DNA from: Candidatus Bathyarchaeota archaeon
Lineage (GTDB): Archaea; Thermoproteota; Bathyarchaeia; Bathyarchaeales; Bathycorpusculaceae
Assembly (NCBI GenBank): GCA_963782525.1
Contig: CAWAKC010000010.1
Span: forward strand, 1 to 64,000
Direction of reading: 5' to 3'
DNA: 64,000 nt
A model generated the notes under the pieces. The model was given only the letters and a program-made list of their open reading frames with translations. It did no database searches and was not told where the DNA came from. Position numbers and translations under genes: made by a program. Within the stretch, counting starts at the first letter, position 1. Every line of letters begins with the position of its first letter. Below, one piece after another: positions 18,293-28,196 of this stretch.

Positions 18293-19171
18293 TTATTTTT
18301 TAAGTTCCTTTAGGACAAAGTTGACTATTTCTTCGCCGATGTTAACTTTTGCAACTACTTGCAACCCCTTCCATCCTGGCTGGCTATTCACGTCAACGAT
18401 GCGTGGTCCGTCTGGTCCTTCAAGGATGTCTACACCCGCGATTTTGCAGCCCACAGCTTTAGCAGATTTGACAGCCATTTCCTCGAATTCTTTGCTAATT
18501 GTTGCCGGCGCTGGTTTGGCTCCTTGGCTATAGTTGGTTTTCCATCCGGTCGCTACACGGCGCATGGATGCAACGACTTGGTCTCCGATGACGAATGCTC
18601 GTATATCTGAATGCCCGTGGGGAACAAATTCCTGCATGTAGATGACGCCGTGGTGGAATGTGATGGCTTTGAAGACGGTGTCGGCGATGTCGATATCATT
18701 GACGCGTGTGGCGCCTTGTCCCCGTGAGCCGAAGATAGGTTTGACGACGATGTCGCCGCCGAGTTCGTTAAAAGCCTTTAGTGCTTCGTTGACGCTTTCG
18801 GTGGCTAAGGTGCGAGGGACAGGAACACCTACATCTTCGAGAATAGCGAGGATATCGTATTTGTCGACGCAGTGCTCGATTGCTGTAGGTGGGTTCACCA
18901 TGTAGAAGCCTTTACGTTCCAGCTTGTAGAGCATGTCCATTCGGAAAACCAGCTCTTCAAGTGACCCGCGTCCGATTGGTCGGATGATAAGGGCGTCTAA
19001 ATCGTCGAGGATGCTGGTTCCGTTAACTTTAAAGTAAGGCCTATATGCTAAACGGGCAACAAGTCGTGGAAAAGTGAAGCATTCGTATGGGATGCCTCGC
19101 CTTGTGAGTGCTTCTCGGACTTGTGTGGAGCTCCATGCTTCCATGTTCCGCGTCATTATTCCAAATTTCAA
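18293..19171 (-). CDS. RimK-family ATP-grasp ligase (MptN-like glutamate ligase)
   Basis: VVKPIFGSRGQG, YMQEFV, DIRAFVIG, DVNSQPGWKGL. Confidence 0.85.
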   Translation of the reverse strand: MKFGIMTRNMEAWSSTQVREALTRRGIPYECFTFPRLVARLAYRPYFKVNGTSILDDLDALIIRPIGRGSLEELVFRMDMLYKLERKGFYMVNPPTAIEHCVDKYDILAILEDVGVPVPRTLATESVNEALKAFNELGGDIVVKPIFGSRGQGATRVNDIDIADTVFKAITFHHGVIYMQEFVPHGHSDIRAFVIGDQVVASMRRVATGWKTNYSQGAKPAPATISKEFEEMAVKSAKAVGCKIAGVDILEGPDGPRIVDVNSQPGWKGLQVVAKVNIGEEIVNFVLKELKK

Positions 19172-19255
19172 TGCTGGTCGATCCTTGCCTTGGTCTTTAG
19201 AACATGCTGAGAGAATGTGCTCTTAAAGTTTCCGCGGCAAAATGGAAAAGAACAG

Positions 19256-21220
19256 TTATTTTATTCTTTCTAAACGCAGAGTGTTCAGAAGCAGCAGCAT
19301 GGTTACTCCATCGTCACCAGAAGCCACAGTAAACCACAGAGGCGTCAACCCCATCAAACCCAAAGCACCCAAAACCAACTTAACAACCAATGAAGCAGCA
19401 ATGTTTTGTCTCGCAATGCTCATTGTTTTATCGCTCAACTTTAGCAGGTAGGGGATTTGGGCAAGCTCATCATTCACCAATACAACATCTGCTGATTCCA
19501 GGGCAACGTCGACCCCACGTGCCCCCATGGCGATTCCTACATCGGAAGCCGCCAATGCAGGAGCATCGTTCACGCCGTCGCCAACCATCGCCACCAACCC
19601 TTCTTTACCCTTCATGTCTTCGATACATTGGAGCTTATCTTCCGGAAACAGTTCTGAATGAACCTCGTCAATGCCCAGCGACATAGCAGTTTCATTTGCG
19701 ATTTCTGATCTATCCCCAGTTAACATTGCAGTCTTCACGCCACTCTGCTTTAGGGCGCGAATAGCTCTTAGTGCGTCTTGTCTAACCTCGTCAACGACAC
19801 AAACCGCCGCCAAACCGGTTTTGCCTACTGAAATGCAGACTGCAGTATGGGTGTCTCCTTCGGTGATTTCAAAGGCTTCGGTGCAGTCGCAACCAAGTTC
19901 ACGCATGAATTCTAAGTTGCCAATGGCTACGTGCTTATCATTCACTAAACCGACGATGCCTTTGCCCGGAATCTCGACGACATCGGTAACTTTTACTTTG
20001 CTCAGGTCAATGTTCCGCTCCATCGCTTTCCGAACAATCGCCTGTGCGATAGGATGATTAGAAAACTGGTCTAAAGCCGCTGCGTAAGTTATCGCTTCAT
20101 CCTCCGCAGTGGATAGGTTGACCCGCCTAACTTCATGTACGGCTTGACGTCCAAGGGTTAATGTTCCTGTCTTATCAAAAACAACTCTTCGGACTTTTGC
20201 AAGCTTTTCAATAAAAATTCCCCCCTTAATTATTACGCCTCGTTTAGCAGCGATTGTTATTGCAATGAAGACCGTTGCTGGGACGGAAATGATGAAGGCA
20301 CTTGGACAAGAAACAACCAACAGGATGAGTGAGCGGTAAAACCACGTTCGAAATGTTCCGCCCACAAGGTACGGCAAGGCTACAGCAGTGAAAACTGCGA
20401 GGGCAATCACGATGGGCACATAGATTCTGGCGAACCGGTTGACCAGTCCCTCTATAGTTGCTTTCCTCTTCTGGGACTCTACCACCAACTGAACAATTCT
20501 GGAAACCAAAGTTTCAGTGGCTTTCTTTGTAACAGTGATCTTGAGCACTCCCGAGGTGTTTAGGGTGCCAGCGAATACGCAGTCATTCACTTTTTTGGGC
20601 ACAGGCACCGATTCCCCCGTAACTAACGCCTGATCTACATGGGAAAAACCATCCACAACGTTCCCGTCTAAAGGGATTCTTTCTCCAGGCTTGACAAGCA
20701 GAACAGTGCCCGTTTCCACTTGGTTAACATCAACACTTTTCTCTTGTCCATCTGCTGCTAAAACACGGGCTTTTTCAGGGATAAACTTGGAAATTTTTTC
20801 AACAGTCCTTTTTGCTCTATCCTGGATATAACCTTCAAGGTACTCCGCTACACAATACAGAAACAGGACAGTGGCTGCTTCGAAACGGTAATCGAGAAAC
20901 AATGCACCTAAACCTGCAACCGCCATCAAGAATTCGACACTGAAACGTCTTTCCAAAACCAGTTCCTTTAAGCCGACGGCGCCGATGTAGATTGCTGCCG
21001 TTAAGATCGCAACATAATACAGCACCATGGATAAAGTTGCAGGCGCATTCAAAATTGGCATCGTGAAGCCCAGCGGTACACCTTTAGCAAACAAGTCAAG
21101 TAAGCCGCTGACAAGTATGGTTACGCCTAACCAAACAGCTAACCCAACCAGCACACGCCTGCTACGTTCCTCTTCCCCCAACGCTTCTGGTTTTCCTGGT
21201 TTTTCTTCACACGTACCCAT
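19256..21220 (-). CDS. Heavy-metal P1B-type ATPase (ZntA/CadA-like)
   Basis: TGES, SCPS in the metal-binding helix, DKTGTLT, HP, GDGVNDAPAL; no N-terminal HMA domain. Confidence 0.9.
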   Translation of the reverse strand: MGTCEEKPGKPEALGEEERSRRVLVGLAVWLGVTILVSGLLDLFAKGVPLGFTMPILNAPATLSMVLYYVAILTAAIYIGAVGLKELVLERRFSVEFLMAVAGLGALFLDYRFEAATVLFLYCVAEYLEGYIQDRAKRTVEKISKFIPEKARVLAADGQEKSVDVNQVETGTVLLVKPGERIPLDGNVVDGFSHVDQALVTGESVPVPKKVNDCVFAGTLNTSGVLKITVTKKATETLVSRIVQLVVESQKRKATIEGLVNRFARIYVPIVIALAVFTAVALPYLVGGTFRTWFYRSLILLVVSCPSAFIISVPATVFIAITIAAKRGVIIKGGIFIEKLAKVRRVVFDKTGTLTLGRQAVHEVRRVNLSTAEDEAITYAAALDQFSNHPIAQAIVRKAMERNIDLSKVKVTDVVEIPGKGIVGLVNDKHVAIGNLEFMRELGCDCTEAFEITEGDTHTAVCISVGKTGLAAVCVVDEVRQDALRAIRALKQSGVKTAMLTGDRSEIANETAMSLGIDEVHSELFPEDKLQCIEDMKGKEGLVAMVGDGVNDAPALAASDVGIAMGARGVDVALESADVVLVNDELAQIPYLLKLSDKTMSIARQNIAASLVVKLVLGALGLMGLTPLWFTVASGDDGVTMLLLLNTLRLERIK

Positions 21221-21372
21221 TTTCTCAACCGAAAATTGCTGAAAAATTCTTGTTACTAAGGTATAAAAAAACATTTAATAAAAACAAATCTGTCGGCACC
21301 CAAAATTTTCCTGTTTCTGAGCAGGATTTGCAAAAAAATAAAAGCAACACGAGCAGAATATCATCGGCACAC

Positions 21373-22212
21373 ATGCGAAAAAAAATGTTTTCGATAATCG
21401 TTATTGTTTCGCTTTTCATTTCAGTGTTTGCTAGCTTGCAGCTCATTCCTTCAGCTTCAGCTACCCTTGACGACTCAATTCCTGTGCTATCTATGCCCAT
21501 CGAACATGTCAACTACACCATCACAAGCGTTAACGGTACCCTGTGGGCAAAAATCGACGGAGAATATCCCATTTACATCCAAAACCAGTTTAACGGTGAC
21601 ATGCCAATGGTCTATCCGATGCCGCAGGGAACAACCAACATCCATGTTTGGTTAGATGACCAAGAACTAAGCTGGAGCAACTATACCCAATCGAACCCTG
21701 ACGCTCTACATCAAACAGCCATAGGTGACTGGTGGATGATCTACAGCGTCCTACCCAACGTTTCAGGATCTTTTACATTAAGAATCCACTATGAGCATCC
21801 GCTTGAGACGGTGAATGACAGTTACCTGTTCCTTTACGACTTAAACATTAGCCCCTACCTTTCGGAGCAAAACGAGAACTCATCAGCTTACTTTACAATG
21901 CGGATGGAAACAAACTTCACCAATTTCAATGCGTATACCGCACCGCCAGAAAGCGTTCCAAGCGAATGGAAACCCATAAACTACACAACCACAACCGAAA
22001 ACTCAACCACAATAGTTAGCATTCTCATGTATTCAGAGTATCCTGGCAGCTCTGTCAAACAGTTGCCTGGAGATTTAGTGGTGGAATTCTCAAGTGATAA
22101 CCGAGCCCTAGAATTTCCCATCTGGCTAATTGTATTAATCGCCGTTTTGTTGGTTGCTGTTTTATCGCTGATAGTAGCTTTTTATGTTAAAAGACAAAGA
22201 CTTTCTGTTTGA
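21373..22212 (+). CDS. Secreted/surface protein with a C-terminal EFP-TM-basic anchor
   Basis: Signal peptide, many NxS/T sequons, LEFPIW + TM + KRQR. Confidence 0.65.
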   Translation: MRKKMFSIIVIVSLFISVFASLQLIPSASATLDDSIPVLSMPIEHVNYTITSVNGTLWAKIDGEYPIYIQNQFNGDMPMVYPMPQGTTNIHVWLDDQELSWSNYTQSNPDALHQTAIGDWWMIYSVLPNVSGSFTLRIHYEHPLETVNDSYLFLYDLNISPYLSEQNENSSAYFTMRMETNFTNFNAYTAPPESVPSEWKPINYTTTTENSTTIVSILMYSEYPGSSVKQLPGDLVVEFSSDNRALEFPIWLIVLIAVLLVAVLSLIVAFYVKRQRLSV

Positions 22213-22471
22213 CTTAGAGCAAAACTGCTATTTAATGGATTTCAGGTTAATGACCTTAAATCTCTGTCTTATCTTGGTTGTTTATTGTGTGAGTTAAGCC
22301 CAACCGAGCGTTTTCGGTAACTGGGCACGTCAAATTCAAAGAGCGATGTTTTCCTCATTGATTCTGTCTCCAAGCAAATGGCGTGTAGTATTTTTGTTTA
22401 AAACATTTTCGGTGGGTCTGTAGTGTTTGTAATGTTTGAGAAGCACTAAAATTCGATTTCAATGAGCTTGG

Positions 22472-23152
22472 TCAGTAGAAGCAAGGAATGTACTCTCGAA
22501 CCTTAAACTTTACACCTAAACCGTCAGCAACCGCCTTCACTTTTGCCAAATCCACTTCGGGCAACCGCACAGCCGAAACCTCAACTTCAAGCACCAGTTT
22601 TGCTCTTCGAATGAAATCTAAAACCGCTTCATAGGCCTCGAGAGAGGCGGGTTTGCAGATTTCAATGTAAGTTTCTTTGTCGCCAGCGTTTAGGCTGACG
22701 CTGACACTGTTGATTCCAGCGGATTTCAACTCGCCCGCTACATCCCTGCCGGGATTCAACAGATAACCATGCCCGTTAGTGTCCAAACGAATCTGAAGCG
22801 GTCGCCCATAATGCTGCCTCACCCACCGAGCAACCGTAAGCAAAACACCCAGCCGCGTCGTTGGTTCTCCGAAACCACAGAAAACCAGCCCATCCCAACT
22901 CCGCATATGCAAAGCCTCGGATAGTTCAGAAGTGATTTCTTCAACCGTTGGTTCATGCGTGAGTTTGAGGTTGAAGCCCCCGACACCCCGCTTGTAGCGT
23001 TTGAGGCAGAAGTAGCAGCTGTTGGAGCATTGGTTAGTTATGTTCAAGTAGAGCGTGTTGTCCAACCAGTAAACGGTTCTTGTAGTTTCATCCAAACAGT
23101 TTTCCCTCCGAGGTTTCCGCAGGACTGTTAGTGGATTGCCTGAGAAAAACAA
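22472..23152 (-). CDS. TatD-associated radical SAM protein
   Basis: LYLNITNQCSNSCYFC, VFCGFGEPT, RLDTNG. Confidence 0.88.
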   Translation of the reverse strand: MFFSGNPLTVLRKPRRENCLDETTRTVYWLDNTLYLNITNQCSNSCYFCLKRYKRGVGGFNLKLTHEPTVEEITSELSEALHMRSWDGLVFCGFGEPTTRLGVLLTVARWVRQHYGRPLQIRLDTNGHGYLLNPGRDVAGELKSAGINSVSVSLNAGDKETYIEICKPASLEAYEAVLDFIRRAKLVLEVEVSAVRLPEVDLAKVKAVADGLGVKFKVREYIPCFY

Positions 23153-23368
23153 TTTGGCTTAAACACTAGAATTCAACATTCTAATGTCGTTATTTTCCGC
23201 CAAACTGGCCTACTCCTCTTAGAGAGAAGACCTCTCCCCTCTATCGTTTCTGCATAGAACTGCTATTAAGCTCCAAATCGGTTGGCACCCTCTGTTTTTG
23301 ATGGAACAGCAGATAAAGCGATATAAGTACAAAAACAACTATTTACAAAACACTTTGAGGCATCTAAA

Positions 23369-24427
23369 ATGGGCAGCGTTAAAGACCTACAGGTAATCCA
23401 GAAACCGACCCAAACCGTAATGGGCACCGGTAGATTTCTCTTCTCTGATCGCTACAGCGTTTTTGACTGGGGCGAAATGCCTGACCATATTGATGGCAAA
23501 GGCGCCGCGCTGTGCCTTATGGGTGCTTACTGTTTTGAGCAGCTAGAAAAAACTGGTGTTAAAACTCACTACAAGGGCTTGGTTAACGAAAAGGGCAAGG
23601 CTGTCAAGTTTGCCGAGTTGAAAAATCCTTCCTGCATAATGGAAGTGGCTTTGGTTAACGTTTACAAACCCAAAACCAGAGTAGTCAACGGCAAGATTGT
23701 GCATGACTACAGCGCTTACACATCAGCGCTGAAAAACTGCCTCATCCCACTCGAAATAATCTACCGCAACGGCTTACCCGAAGGCTCATCCGTCTTCAAA
23801 CGGCTCGCCCAAGGAAAAATCACCCTACAAGACCTCGGTTTAGATCACCAACCAAAACCAGGCGAAAACTTTTCAAAACCAATCTTTGATGTTAGCACGA
23901 AGTTGGAAGAAACAGACCGATATATCACCTGGACTGAAGCCCAGAAAATCGCTGGGTTAACTGACCAAGAATCAGTCGATGTAAAAGCGGCTCTGTTGAA
24001 AGCGGATGAAACAATCACAAAAGCCGCGTCGAATGCAGGTTTGAAAAATGAAGATGGCAAAATTGAGTTAGCCTTCGACGATACACGAAAGCTCATGGTG
24101 GTTGATGTGCTTGGAACCCTCGACGAATGCAGATTCACATATGACGGCCTGCACGTGAGCAAGGAAGTTGCTAGGCAATTCTACAAGAACACCAGTTGGT
24201 ATGGCGATTTGGAGCAAGCCAAAAAAGATGCTGAAGCCAAAGGTATCCACGATTGGAAAGCCCTCTGCAAGTCGCAGCCGCCAAAACTTGACCCCAAACT
24301 TAAAACTATCATAAGCCAGATGTACATGGCAGCGGCCAACGAGATGACGGGGCACAAACTGTTTGAAACTCCCAAGCTTGCCAAAGTAATTGATGATTAT
24401 AAAGCGTACATGAGTGAAAGAGTATGA
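23369..24427 (+). CDS. purC: SAICAR synthetase (long archaeal type)
   Basis: MGSVKD, FSDRYSVFDWG, PLEIIYRN, STK, DGKIE, GTLDECR. Confidence 0.93.
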   Translation: MGSVKDLQVIQKPTQTVMGTGRFLFSDRYSVFDWGEMPDHIDGKGAALCLMGAYCFEQLEKTGVKTHYKGLVNEKGKAVKFAELKNPSCIMEVALVNVYKPKTRVVNGKIVHDYSAYTSALKNCLIPLEIIYRNGLPEGSSVFKRLAQGKITLQDLGLDHQPKPGENFSKPIFDVSTKLEETDRYITWTEAQKIAGLTDQESVDVKAALLKADETITKAASNAGLKNEDGKIELAFDDTRKLMVVDVLGTLDECRFTYDGLHVSKEVARQFYKNTSWYGDLEQAKKDAEAKGIHDWKALCKSQPPKLDPKLKTIISQMYMAAANEMTGHKLFETPKLAKVIDDYKAYMSERV

Positions 24428-25524
24428 TGATGAACGAGAAAATTAAAGAAACAATCGCAAAGTACGATCCAAAGAAGATCCACATTGGAGTTTTGGGTTC
24501 TCACTCTGCACTTGAAATCGCTTCAGGAGCCCAACAGGAAGGTTTCAAAACCGTTGTGGTTTGTCAAAAAGGCAGAGAAAAAACTTACGCACGATACTAC
24601 CGAAACATATTTGACAAATTTATTTTCCTCGACAAATTCTCAGACATAACCAAACCCGAAACAGTCAAGGAATTAACCGACCTGAACACCGTTTTTGTTC
24701 CCAACAGGTCCTTCAGTGTATATGCTGGTTACGAAGCCATCGAACAAAAGTTCGCCGTGCCCCTAATGGGCAACCGGTACCTGCTCAAAACCGAAGAACG
24801 CAACGCCCCAAAAAACCAGCTCTGGCTCCTCAAGGAAGCAGGCATAACAATCCCCAAAGCATTCAAATCCCCAAAAGAAATCGATTGCCCAGTCATAGTG
24901 AAAGTGCCCGAGAAAGGGCGAACAATCGAACGCGCCTTCTTCTACGCTTCTACGCCTGAAGAGTATGAACGGGAAGCTGAAAAACGCATAAATGCAGGAA
25001 TAATCACCCGTGAAGCTCTCAACCAGTCCGTTATTGAAGAATATGTTATTGGCGCCAAGTTTAACGCTAACTATTTCTGGTCACCCTTAAGCGATGAAAT
25101 CGACTTGTTAGGTTTCGACCGCCGCATTCAAACGGACCTTGACGGTGTCCTCGACCTTCCTGCAAGAGAGCAACTTGAACTAAACATTGCGACCCAGAAT
25201 ATCGAAATTGGCCACATGGGCGTCACCATGCGTGAAAGCCAACTCGAAAAGATCTTCGAGGCAGCAGAAAAATGGGTGCAAATCTGCAGAAAAGAGTTCC
25301 CGCCAGGAATGATCGGACTCTTCGCACTCCAAGGCGCAGTAACCAAAGACTTAGAATTCCGCGTCTTTGATGTTAGTCCCCGTGTTCCAGGCTGCCCCTG
25401 TGTTGAACCAACCTCGCCCTACATGAAATACAAGTACGGCGTTGAGGTAGGTCCAGGCAAACGGGTTGCAATGGAGATCAAACGGGCGCTTAGGAAACAT
25501 CGGCTTGCTGAAGTGGTAACATGA
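24424..25524 (+). CDS. purP: PurP-family ATP-grasp (FAICAR synthetase-like), paralog 1
   Basis: GSHSAL, PNRSF, DRRIQTDLDG, RESQL, GLFALQ. Confidence 0.85.
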   Translation: MMMNEKIKETIAKYDPKKIHIGVLGSHSALEIASGAQQEGFKTVVVCQKGREKTYARYYRNIFDKFIFLDKFSDITKPETVKELTDLNTVFVPNRSFSVYAGYEAIEQKFAVPLMGNRYLLKTEERNAPKNQLWLLKEAGITIPKAFKSPKEIDCPVIVKVPEKGRTIERAFFYASTPEEYEREAEKRINAGIITREALNQSVIEEYVIGAKFNANYFWSPLSDEIDLLGFDRRIQTDLDGVLDLPAREQLELNIATQNIEIGHMGVTMRESQLEKIFEAAEKWVQICRKEFPPGMIGLFALQGAVTKDLEFRVFDVSPRVPGCPCVEPTSPYMKYKYGVEVGPGKRVAMEIKRALRKHRLAEVVT

Positions 25525-26606
25525 TTGGCGGTGCAGAAGTAGGCAAAATCATTGCGAAATACGACCAAACCAAAATTGCAATTGGCACTTTGGGCTCACA
25601 TAGTTCGCTCAACATCTTCAAAGGCGCTAAAGAAGAAGGCTTCCGAACCGTTTGCATCTGCAAAGAAAAAGATGCCATAATGTACCAAAAGTACCCGCTC
25701 GTAGACGAATTAATCATCGTTAAAGACTTCGCCGAACTTCTCAGCGATAAACTGCAGGAGAGATTGCGCAAACTAAATGTGGTTTTGATTCCGCATGGCT
25801 CATTCACCGCTTATTTGAGCACTGAACAATTAACTGACAGTCTTATGGTGCCAATGTTCGGCAACCGCCAACTGCTACATTGGGAAGCTAACCGCAAAAG
25901 CCAGGAAGAATGGCTCCGCCAAGCAGGGCTTCTACTGCCAGCAACCTTCAAAACCCCCGAAGAAATCGACCGCTTAATAATCGCTAAACTTCAAGGCGCC
26001 AAAGGCGGCAGAGGCTACTTCCTCGCCAACTCACCAGAGAACTTTTACAAACAATTCAAAGAAATGGTAAAACGCGGCATGCTCACCGAAGAAGATTTGC
26101 CAAGCATCCACCTGCAAGAATACGCGTTGGGCGTGAACGTTTACCCTAGCTACTTCAGCAGCATCTTAAACGATGACGTAGAGCTTCTAGCCATGGATAG
26201 ACGCTATGAATCAGCTGTGGACTGTATCGGCAAAATCCCAGCGCGTCAACAGCTCGAAATCGACATCAACCCCACCTACACCGTAATCGGCAACTTCCCC
26301 ATAGTACTCCGTGAATCGCTCCTTCCAGAAATCATGCGCATGGGCGAAAACGTCCACAAAAAAGCCCGTGAACTCGCCCCGCCAGGAATCATCGGACCCT
26401 TCTGCCTCGAAACCGTCATCACCGACGAAGCAAAAATCTACACCTTCGAAATTAGCGCCCGCATCGTTGCAGGCACCAACGTTGGCATCGGAACGTCACC
26501 TTACGCTTACCTCAAGTACGGCGAGAACATGTACATGGGGAGACGTATCGCTATGGAATTCAAAGAAGCAATCAAGCAAAATAGGCTACAGGATATTGTG
26601 GCTTAA
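25521..26606 (+). CDS. purP: Formate--phosphoribosylaminoimidazolecarboxamide ligase
   Basis: GSHSSL, PHGSF, GAKGGRGYF, LRESLL, GPFCLE, FEISARIVAGTN. Confidence 0.92.
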   Translation: MIGGAEVGKIIAKYDQTKIAIGTLGSHSSLNIFKGAKEEGFRTVCICKEKDAIMYQKYPLVDELIIVKDFAELLSDKLQERLRKLNVVLIPHGSFTAYLSTEQLTDSLMVPMFGNRQLLHWEANRKSQEEWLRQAGLLLPATFKTPEEIDRLIIAKLQGAKGGRGYFLANSPENFYKQFKEMVKRGMLTEEDLPSIHLQEYALGVNVYPSYFSSILNDDVELLAMDRRYESAVDCIGKIPARQQLEIDINPTYTVIGNFPIVLRESLLPEIMRMGENVHKKARELAPPGIIGPFCLETVITDEAKIYTFEISARIVAGTNVGIGTSPYAYLKYGENMYMGRRIAMEFKEAIKQNRLQDIVA

Positions 26607-26628
26607 ATTTTTTCTAAATTCAATCTTC

Positions 26629-26978
26629 CTATTTTAAGCGCAATACACGTATTCTTTTTTCTTTAATTATAAGAAAATGATCTTCAATTTTAGCTTGAGT
26701 CGTCAAAACGGTTTCAATTGTCTCCAATATGTGTTGGGACGATTTAGGCACAAACTTCAGAAGTATAACACCCTTTGCCTTAAGTTTTCTTTTGAAAACA
26801 AGTTCAGCAAAATCAGCGTCAAAAGTTATAAGGATTCTGTTTTGTGCGTTTGCCTTTCTAGTACGTTTTCATCGCTGAGGCTTGACCCGAAATCTTTCAT
26901 AGAAACAATGTCTATACCTTTGTTTCTGAGGACGTTAACTACTTTGTTAGAAACATTTTCGTCAGCAAGAAATCTCAT
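26629..26978 (-). pseudogene. DUF5615/PIN-like toxin, frameshifted
   Basis: MRFLADENV...SDENVLE / ANAQNRILITFDADF...GVILL; one base is missing in an A-run near 26857. Confidence 0.8.
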
Positions 26979-27208
26979 GGAATTGGATATGCCTTCTCTT
27001 CCTTAACCATTTCAGTTGCGTATTTTAAAACAGCAATTATATCCTCACGCTTTAATTGGGGATATTCATCCAACACCTGCTGAATTGACCAATCGTTAGC
27101 TAGAAGACCCAAAATGAACTCAACCGAAAGTCGAGTACCTCGAATCACGGGCTTCCCTGCTAAGATTTTTGGATCAACTACGATTCTTTCTTCCCAATCG
27201 TTGAGCAT
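26975..27208 (-). CDS. DUF433 antitoxin
   Basis: IVVDPKILAGKPVIRGTRLSVEFIL...YPQL; overlaps the PIN gene start. Confidence 0.9.
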   Translation of the reverse strand: MLNDWEERIVVDPKILAGKPVIRGTRLSVEFILGLLANDWSIQQVLDEYPQLKREDIIAVLKYATEMVKEEKAYPIP

Positions 27209-27339
27209 GTCTTCTCGTCGCTCAGTGCTAAAGTAAACGGAAAATATAAACATCTTCTTTGATGTCATGTATGTGAAGAAGCAAATAATGGAACTAAAAC
27301 GTAATCAAGCGAAAAAGATACTTGACATCGTGGCCTAAA

Positions 27340-28101
27340 CTAAGAAAGGCATAATTCGAGTAGCCCTTCAAAATTCTTTCTATTTTCATTCTTCTTAAAA
27401 TTTTTCAAAGTAGCAATTAGTTCCTGCTTATTTTTCTTTCCGAATATTTCATCCAGCATTTTTGCTGCCCTGCTGTTTCCCATAAAAAGAAACTGGCAAA
27501 CCGACGTGACATTAATTGCTCTTCGCATTATGCTGGCTGTTTCAAAATCCACGATGAAGGGCTTATCCGTTTTGTCCACGAGCAAATGTTTTGGTGCTTT
27601 GCTTATTTCCCCATGATCCAAGCCAGCCTCATCCATTCGCCAGCACTGCTCCAAAATGTCAACCAAAACCTTGCGAATAAGCTCTTTATCTCGGTAGGTT
27701 TCAAGCCAATCCTCAAGCAAATCTCCGTCAATAAGCTGGGACAAAAGAAAATTGGTACTTGCAGCAATGAATTTGGGACCGACGTCGATTGCGTTGGCTT
27801 TTTCGAGCATTTGGGCTTCATGTGTGAAGTCTGAGCGGTCAGCATCGATTCGACGCATCTTCAACGCCACCCTTTGCCCTTTCACCTGCGCAACCACCAC
27901 AACACCGACGTAGCCTTTGCCTAAAACAGGAATATTAGACGCCGAGGTTTTTCCAGCAAACTCGATCGCTGAAACGCCGTGTTGCCGCAACTCTTCTATG
28001 CGTTTCTGGATTTCTGTGGGGTTCGTTCTGGGATAACACACGATTGATGCGTACGGTTCCTCAATGAGGTTTTCAAGGGGTACTGTGGTCGGTGGCTTCA
28101 A
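27340..28101 (-). CDS. Ser/Thr protein kinase (RIO/Bud32-like)
   Basis: LGKGYVGVV, VALK, HGEIS, IVDFE. Confidence 0.85.
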   Translation of the reverse strand: MKPPTTVPLENLIEEPYASIVCYPRTNPTEIQKRIEELRQHGVSAIEFAGKTSASNIPVLGKGYVGVVVVAQVKGQRVALKMRRIDADRSDFTHEAQMLEKANAIDVGPKFIAASTNFLLSQLIDGDLLEDWLETYRDKELIRKVLVDILEQCWRMDEAGLDHGEISKAPKHLLVDKTDKPFIVDFETASIMRRAINVTSVCQFLFMGNSRAAKMLDEIFGKKNKQELIATLKNFKKNENRKNFEGLLELCLS

Positions 28102-28196
28102 TTCTTTTTAGTCCTTTTTCGAGTGCAAAGCTACATTAACTTTTAAATTTAATAGGAACCTTAGTTCCAACTTAAACTTATCTTAAAGGGTTCGGT

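Noticed and set aside
26677-27006. 109-aa plus-strand ORF
   Set aside because: Antisense to the frameshifted PIN toxin gene
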